DNA of 56,246 nt, from positions 1 through 56,246 of the forward strand of contig CALJIQ010000215.1 in NCBI GenBank assembly GCA_937973995.1. Direction: 5' to 3'. The notes under the pieces were generated by a model. The model saw only the letters and a program-made list of their open reading frames with translations. It had not been told where the DNA came from and ran no database searches. Source of the stretch: an uncultured Saprospiraceae bacterium. GTDB taxonomy: Bacteria > Bacteroidota > Bacteroidia > Chitinophagales > Saprospiraceae. This document shows, in pieces, positions 30,876 to 38,900 of the stretch. The translations under genes and the position numbers were made by a program. Within the stretch, counting starts at the first letter, position 1; each line of letters starts with the position of its first letter.

Positions 30876-31769
30876 ATGAGACCCACTTTTTGGATATTAT
30901 TAATACTACTAATTCTATGGTTATTTGGAATGAGTTATTGCCATAACTCCCTTTGTAATTGCGGTCCGATAGGCGCGGTTGTGCCTGCTGTAGTTCCTGG
31001 GGATAATGACCAGAACGGGAATTCCCTTAAATATCTTTCGATTTCGGATGAAAATGGAGCATTTGATTCCTCTTTGAATGACAATTTATTATTCGCAACT
31101 TCAGATTGCATGTATGCTTCTCCTTTATCTGATTCTTTAAATACCTTTTTTCAAAACCTAGCTGATTATTTAGTACAGAATGAAAATAGGATATTGGTGT
31201 TATCAGGTTTGTATCAAGAATCGGAAAATAACCCTTGCCCTTCTGAGAACTTAGGCTTAGCAAGAGCAGAGAGTGTACAACAACTATTAGTGGATCAAGG
31301 CGCCCCTACTAGCCAAATACGGTTATCCTCTTCTATGGAAAATATTCTTGACATGGATGATGATAAGATTATGGGCGGTATTTCCTATTCCTTCTTAAAT
31401 GGAGACTTAGGAGAAGTAGAAAGTCGTTTGCGATCGCAAAATATTACGCTCCTCTTTGGTACTAATCAAGAGGATATATTCTTTGATGAAGAACAAACTA
31501 AATACTTTGAGGATTTAAGATTCTTCTTGTCTAGGAATGATAATGCTAAAGCATTAGTTATTGGACACACCGATGATGAAGGTTCTGCCGCCAGCAATAG
31601 GAGATTAAGTCGAGATAGAGCCAATACAATAAAAGATTATATGATTGATAAAGGAATTAATGAATATCAAATAATCGCTAAAGGAATGGGGCCTGATGAA
31701 CCAGTTGCTACTAATGATACGGAAGATGGAAAAGCCCAAAATAGACGGGTGGAGATTAGTATAGAGTGA
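30876..31769 (+). CDS. OmpA-family peptidoglycan-binding protein with an N-terminal membrane anchor
   Basis: 297 aa with an N-terminal hydrophobic helix (FWILLILLILWLFGM). The C-terminal OmpA_C domain is canonical (LVIGHTDDEGSAASNRRLSRDRANTIKDYM...GMGPDEPVATNDTEDGKAQNRRVEISI). A degenerate first OmpA-like half precedes it. Confidence 0.88.
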   Translation: MRPTFWILLILLILWLFGMSYCHNSLCNCGPIGAVVPAVVPGDNDQNGNSLKYLSISDENGAFDSSLNDNLLFATSDCMYASPLSDSLNTFFQNLADYLVQNENRILVLSGLYQESENNPCPSENLGLARAESVQQLLVDQGAPTSQIRLSSSMENILDMDDDKIMGGISYSFLNGDLGEVESRLRSQNITLLFGTNQEDIFFDEEQTKYFEDLRFFLSRNDNAKALVIGHTDDEGSAASNRRLSRDRANTIKDYMIDKGINEYQIIAKGMGPDEPVATNDTEDGKAQNRRVEISIE

Positions 31770-31855
31770 TTTTTATGCTTTATCGAATTACTATTGAGCA
31801 AACAAAAGTTAAATAAATTAGCCTACAACTCTAAATAGGCAAAAAATATACAATT

Positions 31856-34624
31856 ATGAGTTTCTGCGCATTTTGGCCATTCTTGACTGGAATCGTTTCT
31901 GCTATCCTTGGGTATTTAATGGCCCAATCCTATTTCAGCAATAAATTAAGGCTATCCGAGGAATCTACTTTAAAAATTAGAAAAGAGAGAAATAGCTTTG
32001 AGAAGAAGTACCAAGAAGTAGATAGTACTTATAAAAGTTATAAGTTGAGAGCGGATAGTGACGTTAAGACATGGAAAAACAAACATGATGATCTCTCCCT
32101 TCAAATGCTATCTCTTGAAAATACTCTAAAAGAGAAAGAGGCACTTTGGTTAACCTCTTCAACGGCAACAGAGAAAGAGATTGTTGAAGTAGAGAAAGTG
32201 GTAGAGGTACCTACAGAACGAGAAATCCAAAGAATAGTAGAGGTACCAACAGAAATAATAAAAGAGGTGGAAAAAATAGTGGAAGTACCGGTAGAAGTAA
32301 TAAAAGAAGTAGAAAAAATAGTGGAAGTGCCTGTGGAGGTAATTAGAGAGGTAGAAAAAATAGTAGAAGTAGAAAGAAAGGTAGAAGTACCCGTAGAAGT
32401 TATCAGAGAGGTAGAAGTAATACAGGAAGTACCTGTGGAAGTCATCAAAGAAGTAATCCGAGAAGTAGAAAAGATAGTGGAGGTCATCAAAGAAGTAGAA
32501 GTGTCTGTGGAGGTAGAAAAAATAGTAGAGGTGGAAAAAATAGTGGAAGTACCTGTGGAAGTAATGAAAGCAGTGGTAAAGGAAATAGAATCTGTGAGAG
32601 AGATAAAAGTGCCCGTAGAAGTAATTAGAGAAGTGGAGAAAATAGTGGAAGTCATCAAAGAAGTAGAAGTAGAAAAGAAAGTGGAAGTACCAGTGGAAAT
32701 AATTCGAGAAATTGAAAAGATTGTAGAAGTACCCGTCGAAGTGATAAAAGAAATTGAAAAGATAGTAGAAGTACCTGTCCAAATAATAAAAGAAGTAGAA
32801 GTTCCCATAGAAGTAGAGAGAGTAGTAGAAATTCCTGTAGAAATCATTAAGGAAGTAATTAAAGAAATCGAAACAATAGAGGAAGTCAAGGTGCCCGTAG
32901 AAGTAATAAGAGAAGTAGAAAAGATTGTAGAGATAATAAAAGAAGTGGAGGTAGAAAAAATTGTGGAAGTGCCGGTGGAAATCATTCGGGAAATTGAAAA
33001 GATTATCGAAGTGCCGGTGGAAGTCATTCAGGAAGTAGAGAGAATAGTGGAAGTACCTGTGGAGATTATTCAGGAAGTTGAAAAAATAGTGGAAGTGCCA
33101 GTAGAAGTTATTCGTGAAGTGGAAGTTGAAAAAATAGTGGAAGTACCAGTAGAAGTTATTCGTGAAGTGGAAATTGAAAAAATAGTGGAAGTGCCAGTAG
33201 AAGTTATTCGTGAAGTGGAAATTGAAAGACTAATAGAAGTACCGGTGGAAGTTATACATGAGATTGAGAAAATAGTGGAAGTGCCAGTAGAAGTTATTCG
33301 TGAAGTGGAAATTGAAAGACTAATAGAAGTACCAGTAGAAGTTATACACGAGATAGAAGTAGAGAAAATTATAGAAGTGCCAGTAGAAAAATTAGTAGAA
33401 ATAGAGAAACTAGTGGAAGTGCCTGTCGAAGTAATTAAGGAAGTGGAAGTAGAGCGAAGAGTTGAGGTACCTGTGGAAGTAATTAGAGAAGTAGAAAAAA
33501 GAATAGAAGTGCCCGTAGAGGTTATACGAGAAGTAGAAGTGGAAAAAATAGTAGAAGTGCCTGTGGAAGTAATTAGAGAAATTGAGAAGATTGTAGAAGT
33601 ACCTTTTGAGGTAGTTAAAGAAATTGAAAAGATTGTAGAGATACCAGTTGAAATTATTAAAGAAATTGAGATTGAAAAAAGAGTAGAAGTACCTGTAATA
33701 AAAGAAGTAGAGGTAGAAAAAATAGTAGAAGTGCCAGTCGAAATCATTCACGAGATAGAAGTAATAAAAGAGGTAGAAGTACCTGTGGAAATTACTAGAG
33801 AGGTGGAAGTGGAGAAAATAGTGGAAGTACCTTTTGAAGTAATCAAAGAAGTTGAAAGGGAAGTACAAAAGGTAATAGAGGTACCCACAGAAGTAATCAA
33901 AGAAGTACAAGTAATCGTTGAAAAAGAAGTAGTGGTTGAAAAGATAGTGGAAGTTCCGGTAGAAGTAATCAAAGAAGTTGAAAAGGTGGTAGAAGTACCC
34001 AAAGAAGTCATCAAGATAGTAGAGATCATCAAAGAAATTCCAGTAGAAACTATTAAAAATGTGCCTTTTGAGGTAATCAAAGAAGTTGAAAAGGTAATAG
34101 AGGTACCTGTGGAAGTAATTAAAAAGGTAGAAGTAATAGTTGAGAAAGAAGTACCCGTTGAAATTATCAAAGAAGTGCCAGTGGAGGTAATCAAAATAGT
34201 GGAAAAAATAGTAGAAGTACCCGTGGAAGTAATAAAGGAAATAGAGGTATATAGAGATGTACGACACTCGGTAACTAGAGGCAGAAAAGAATCGCCTGTT
34301 GAAAAACAAACTACTAAAACTACCCGTGGAACGTCTGCTAAAAAAACGACTAAAATAGTTGGAAATGAAGAAAGAGATAATTTTATTGTGATAGAAGGAA
34401 TTGGACCTAAAATTGAGCAACTATTATTTGATAACGGTATCAATACCTTTGAGCAATTGGCCGCCTTAACTCCATCTGCTATCCGTTCTATTTTGGAAAC
34501 AGGTGGTCCTCGTTATAGAATTCATGATCCGACAACATGGCCTAAACAAGCAGATTTAGCAAGTCAAGATCTATGGGATGAGTTACGAGAGTGGCAGGAT
34601 AAATTAGATGGAGGTAAACTGTAA
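31856..34624 (+). CDS. Membrane-anchored acidic repeat protein: N-terminal TM, coiled coil, ~690 aa of VEVPVEVI(K/R)EVEKI-type (PEVK-like) repeats, basic linker, C-terminal GIGPK helix-hairpin-helix-like domain
   Basis: 922-aa ORF with TM segment FWPFLTGIVSAILGYLMAQ followed by K/R-rich sequence. Differences between repeat copies are synonymous, which shows the repeats are translated. The C-terminal 80 aa are VIEGIGPKIEQLLFDNGINTFEQLAAL...TWPKQADLASQDLWDELREWQDKLDGGK. Confidence 0.85.
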   Translation: MSFCAFWPFLTGIVSAILGYLMAQSYFSNKLRLSEESTLKIRKERNSFEKKYQEVDSTYKSYKLRADSDVKTWKNKHDDLSLQMLSLENTLKEKEALWLTSSTATEKEIVEVEKVVEVPTEREIQRIVEVPTEIIKEVEKIVEVPVEVIKEVEKIVEVPVEVIREVEKIVEVERKVEVPVEVIREVEVIQEVPVEVIKEVIREVEKIVEVIKEVEVSVEVEKIVEVEKIVEVPVEVMKAVVKEIESVREIKVPVEVIREVEKIVEVIKEVEVEKKVEVPVEIIREIEKIVEVPVEVIKEIEKIVEVPVQIIKEVEVPIEVERVVEIPVEIIKEVIKEIETIEEVKVPVEVIREVEKIVEIIKEVEVEKIVEVPVEIIREIEKIIEVPVEVIQEVERIVEVPVEIIQEVEKIVEVPVEVIREVEVEKIVEVPVEVIREVEIEKIVEVPVEVIREVEIERLIEVPVEVIHEIEKIVEVPVEVIREVEIERLIEVPVEVIHEIEVEKIIEVPVEKLVEIEKLVEVPVEVIKEVEVERRVEVPVEVIREVEKRIEVPVEVIREVEVEKIVEVPVEVIREIEKIVEVPFEVVKEIEKIVEIPVEIIKEIEIEKRVEVPVIKEVEVEKIVEVPVEIIHEIEVIKEVEVPVEITREVEVEKIVEVPFEVIKEVEREVQKVIEVPTEVIKEVQVIVEKEVVVEKIVEVPVEVIKEVEKVVEVPKEVIKIVEIIKEIPVETIKNVPFEVIKEVEKVIEVPVEVIKKVEVIVEKEVPVEIIKEVPVEVIKIVEKIVEVPVEVIKEIEVYRDVRHSVTRGRKESPVEKQTTKTTRGTSAKKTTKIVGNEERDNFIVIEGIGPKIEQLLFDNGINTFEQLAALTPSAIRSILETGGPRYRIHDPTTWPKQADLASQDLWDELREWQDKLDGGKL
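32171..34249 (+). repeat. About 2.1 kb of in-frame degenerate tandem repeats (39-48 nt units, with a 90-nt higher-order unit)
   Basis: Three 48-nt units (33080-33127, 33128-33175, 33176-33223) differ at 1-2 positions. Two 90-nt units (33179-33268, 33269-33358) differ at 5 positions, all synonymous third positions. The coding strand is almost all G/A/T, with C mostly in Pro codons. Confidence 0.95.
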
Positions 34625-34676
34625 TAACAATTAAAAAAATATAAGTACCGCGACAAAAATACTTTAGGAAATAAAA

Positions 34677-34755
34677 TTTGATGGTCTGATGGCTAGATTG
34701 TTTGATGGTCAACTTTACGGTAGCCATCAAATAATTTAGCTATCAAACCGTCAAA
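34677..34755. repeat. Family D palindrome (TGATGG words), copy 2
   Basis: TTTGATGGTCTGATGGCTAGATTGTTTGATGGTC-loop-GGTAGCCATCAAATAATTTAGCTATCAAACCGTCAAA, pairing at about 29 of 34 positions. Confidence 0.82.
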
Positions 34756-34802
34756 AGAATAAGCTAAACTATTTCTGTCCTCTTACTTACTCAAGTAAAT
34801 CT

Positions 34803-35780
34803 ATGTTTACATTATCAAAAGAAAACCGTATCAACGCTAGTATTCCGGATCAGGATAGTTTATCAGATGCTATTTATATCAATAGAGATGGAAAAATCCA
34901 AAGCATCAAAGTTTCTGTAGCTATTCAACATCCATATATGGGAGATATTTCCATTAAATTACTGAGTCCTTTGGGAACAGAAGTGTTGCTACAAAATAGA
35001 GAAGGTGGCGCAAATGATAATATAAACAAAGTATTCGAAGGAGAAGCATTAGAAGTATTGCAGGGTCAATCAACAAAAGGCTCTTGGATACTCACGGTAC
35101 AAGACCACGCTGCTCAAGACGATGGCATCTTGGACGCTTGGGGATTAGACTTGACCTGCAATGAATTCGAATCTTATAAATCAGAAATATTTATTGCTGA
35201 TTCTACTGAGGAAGAACAATTAGTTAGTACGCAAACCTGTAGGTTTAATGGAAGAGTCACGAAAGCAGAAGCTGAAATAGAATTAGAACATCCTAGTATC
35301 GGTGATTTAATTATTTCCATCCTTGCACCTAGCGGCAAAGAAATAATTTTAAGAGATCGAGAAGAGACAGATAAAAAATTTCTATTCCGAACATGGAGTA
35401 ATGTGTCTCTCCAAGAATTTGTTGGCGAGTCCACTTTAGGAACATGGGCTTTAAAAATCAAAAGCTTTCATTCTGATCCATCCGGCAGTTTAAAACATTG
35501 GAAAATTCGTTTTCATTATGAAAGTGAAGAGGATCTAAAAGTAATTGAAGGAATAGGACCAAAAGTAGAAAATATTCTTAAAGCTAATCATATCTATTCC
35601 TATGTTGATTTAGCTACTACTCCTGTATCTGCCTTATTATCTCTGTTAGAAGAAAATCCAGAAATTGGTCAATTTCACGAACCCCAATCTTGGCCGCAGC
35701 AATCTCTTCTTGCTGCTCAGGGACGGTGGGTAGATTTAGAAGCGCTTAAGGCTGATTTACATGGAGGTAAGATAATTTAA
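34803..35780 (+). CDS. Tandem proprotein-convertase P-domain protein lacking a signal peptide and a protease domain, with a C-terminal GIGPK helix-hairpin-helix-like domain
   Basis: 325 aa with two P-domain-like units. Unit 1: VSVAIQHPYMGDISIKLLSPLGTEVLLQNREGGANDN...GSWILTVQDHAAQDDGILDAWGLDL. Unit 2: AEIELEHPSIGDLIISILAPSGKEIILRDRE...GTWALKIKSF..SGSLKHWKIRF. The C-terminus VIEGIGPKVENILKAN...SWPQQSLLAAQGRWVDLEALKADLHGGK is homologous to the end of the preceding gene. Confidence 0.78.
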   Translation: MFTLSKENRINASIPDQDSLSDAIYINRDGKIQSIKVSVAIQHPYMGDISIKLLSPLGTEVLLQNREGGANDNINKVFEGEALEVLQGQSTKGSWILTVQDHAAQDDGILDAWGLDLTCNEFESYKSEIFIADSTEEEQLVSTQTCRFNGRVTKAEAEIELEHPSIGDLIISILAPSGKEIILRDREETDKKFLFRTWSNVSLQEFVGESTLGTWALKIKSFHSDPSGSLKHWKIRFHYESEEDLKVIEGIGPKVENILKANHIYSYVDLATTPVSALLSLLEENPEIGQFHEPQSWPQQSLLAAQGRWVDLEALKADLHGGKII

Positions 35781-35953
35781 CTTGCTTCTTTTCTTGTGCT
35801 AATACAAAAGCAAATTTCCACAGAACGGTTGCTAGATGCTGAATACTATTGTACCAAACTACCAGCGTCCAGTAACAAGAGCATCCAGTATCTTTTCTTG
35901 AATTTATTATTCTCTAACCAATTACGTTTCTAAGTTGCAATTAATATTCTTCC

Positions 35954-38900
35954 TTATCGATGTATTTCGAGGAAGCCTTGTAATACTCGATTAGTATCAT
36001 CATTTAATTCTAGGCAATAGAAGTAAGCCCCATCTGGTAATTCCAAATTTCCTTTCCAAGTTCCTGCCCAATCATTATCATAACCTATTGATTGAAATAC
36101 TCGCTCCCCCCAACGATTATAAATTTGTAAACGGCTTTCAGGAAATTCCTCTATCCCTGAAATGAAGAATACATCATTCGCCCCATCTCTATTAGGGGAA
36201 ACGGCTGTAAAGACTACAATATCTATGCACTCGATCCAAATTTCAACCATTGCCGTATCACAACCCACATCGTTACAAATAGAGTAGGTTAATTGATCAA
36301 ACCTAGCACAGAATTCGTCGCTGATATAAGTTAGTGAGCCGTCTAAATTCAGATTAGCGTCTCCATATAAAGGTGATTCAATAATGGAAATTCCATCTAT
36401 GAAGGGCACTCCAAAAGGCGTATCATTACCTAGTATATCTATGACCAAGGGTGTGCCAAGAGTAGTTGTATCTCGATCATCAATTGCAGTTGGTAATTCT
36501 TTAAATTCTACGACGCTTACATTAAAGAAAGCGGTATCACAATTTCCTAAATTATCGCAAATTACGATACAAGCTGAATCCTCTCCCAATTCTAAGCCTT
36601 TATACTCAACACAAAAACTCAAGGGATTTATTGTAAAATCAACTACATTACCTGACGATTCCGAACAAATATTTTCAAAAGATACAATCTCTCCTGGAAG
36701 AATACTGGTATCAAAACAATACTCTGCTTCTTCATTTATAAACAAAGTATCTTGAATTCTATCTGGTGCATTATTTAATACATGTATGACAAATTGAATA
36801 GTATCACAACTTCCATTTTCATTACAAAATGCAAAGGAGGTAGAATCAACGCCTAACATTTCAGCGGTATATTGAATACAACCACTTGTCGGATCAATAA
36901 CAAAATCTACCAAACTTGGTAAATCATTTTCCTGCTTGCTAATTTCATTGATAGAAGTAAATCTTTCCTCCAAGTCTAATATATTATTGGCAATACAAAC
37001 TTCCGCTGCTTCGCCTATCATAATAGTATCTTCAAATTCTTCCAATAATAATTGAATGGCAATTATATTGGTATCACAAACTCCAAACTCATCACAAAGA
37101 ATTATACAAGCAGTATCTACTCCCGGATTTTGTCCAGTTATTATCACACAGGTATCGCCAAATGCTTTCACTGAAGCTGTATTGTTTTGTAAACACTCAA
37201 TGGTGATACTAATATCGTCTCCTAATAACTCATTTGTAGAAAAACAAATCGTATCCATCTCTCCATTACCAATTCGTATTTCAGAGGAATCAATCGTACT
37301 ACAGGTAGTTAGAATAAAAATAGAATCCATGCAAAAACTCTGAGTATCTTGTACTACTAGACTATGAACCCCAATAGGAACATTGATTTGAACCCCTTGT
37401 TCCTGAGCGATGATTTCAAAGCTAAGCGTAGTATTAAATAAATCATTATTCCCAACAATTTGCATGGGCTGATAAGTCGAAGTTCCTTTTTGACCTACGA
37501 TAGATAACCCATCTTCTGACACTTGCCAATTACTCCTCTCATCTAAAGAATCCATTAAAGCTGCTAACTCAATAATCGTAGCAAAATTACCCGTAAATAT
37601 ATTTTCGTCTATTTGCCAAGAAGTTAGCTCAAATGGTCCAATTTCTCCTTGACCTGAAAGATTGGAATAAGAATACACGATCAGTGTATCCAATCCACAA
37701 AGTGTAATGTTTGCAGTGGGAATAGGAGTCCCGTCTAAATTGAATAAAAGGAGATTATTAGGGTCCAATTGATAGTTCAAACAAAGCGGTAATACCTCCG
37801 TACAATTATTGGTTTGAACCATGATGGTATCTTTTCTTATATTAATCTCACAAGCTGCACAAGCTCCATTTATATTTGGATCGTCCAAGGTAAAATCTAA
37901 GGTAAGCATGCAACCAGTATTGATATCCGTCACGCTCACCATTTGGGTACCAAAAGGTAAATTGGCATTCGTATCCTCCACTCCCCAACTATAGTTATAA
38001 GATCCACTTCCATCGGTAACAGCAACAGTAACCGATCCGTCATTCCCTTCACAGGTAGGATGCTGATTTATTATAGCTGTAGCGTTAAAATTATTTTCCG
38101 CTACTAATTCTACTTGTACAATAGATTGACAAATATCAGTAGCCGTCGTATCGGTTACGGTTACCTCATAGATACCTGCTGCTAAGTCATTTCGTTCTAT
38201 ACCAATAACTCCATCTTCCCAACTATATCGGTACGTATCAGGAGAAAATCGAATCGTTCCATTAGCAGAATTACTACAGGTTGGTGGGCTGCTTATAGCA
38301 ACAGCAGTTGGCTCTTCATTAATCAAAGAAACCAATATACTCGTCACACAACTTGCATCTCTTTTATCTGTAATTAGAATTTGATAATCGCCTCCGGGAA
38401 GATTGGTACGAATATTTTCAGTGGCTCCAAAGATGCCAATGTTGGGTACCCATTCTATATTATAATTGCTTGGTTCCTCCGCTAATTCTAAAGTAACACT
38501 TCCATTGGTTTCTCCACAAGAAGGATTTTGAATGGCATCACTTATGACAGGACTTGTCTCATTATCTTCTCTAGGAATATCAACAACAACTTCCTCCAAG
38601 CAGGTTGTATCATTAGTGGAGGTGACCGTTATATTATAGCTTCCTGACCCTAAATTTTCTCTAATATTGGGCATTGTACCCGACTCCCCTACTCCATCTG
38701 GCCAATTAAAATTATAATCGGAAACCGCTCCTACTACGGTAAGCGTTACCGAGCCATTGATTGCAGAACAGCTACTAGCAGTCGTTTCTATATTAGTGAC
38801 AAATTGATTAGTCAATTCTGGTTCGATAATAAAATCTGTCACCTGCGTACAAGCTTCATTTGCCAAAGAGGTAATCGTAACACTATAGTTCCCAGCAGCA

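Noticed and set aside
32171-34249. Possibility that the regular 42-48 nt periodicity is a CRISPR array
   Set aside because: There is no alternation of constant repeats with unique spacers. The whole array is one open reading frame with a conserved peptide, and no cas genes lie in the window.
32101-34443. Five long antisense ORFs (STGTSTIFSTS-type and FYYFFH-type, up to 336 aa) opposite the repeat gene
   Set aside because: They are an automatic consequence of a C-poor GAA/GTN repeat having no stop codons on the complement. Differences between repeat copies are synonymous only in the plus-strand frame.
34542-34730. 62-aa minus-strand ORF across the end of the repeat gene and the family D palindrome
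   Set aside because: It overlaps the conserved C-terminal domain of the plus-strand gene and a palindromic repeat. The product is not plausible.
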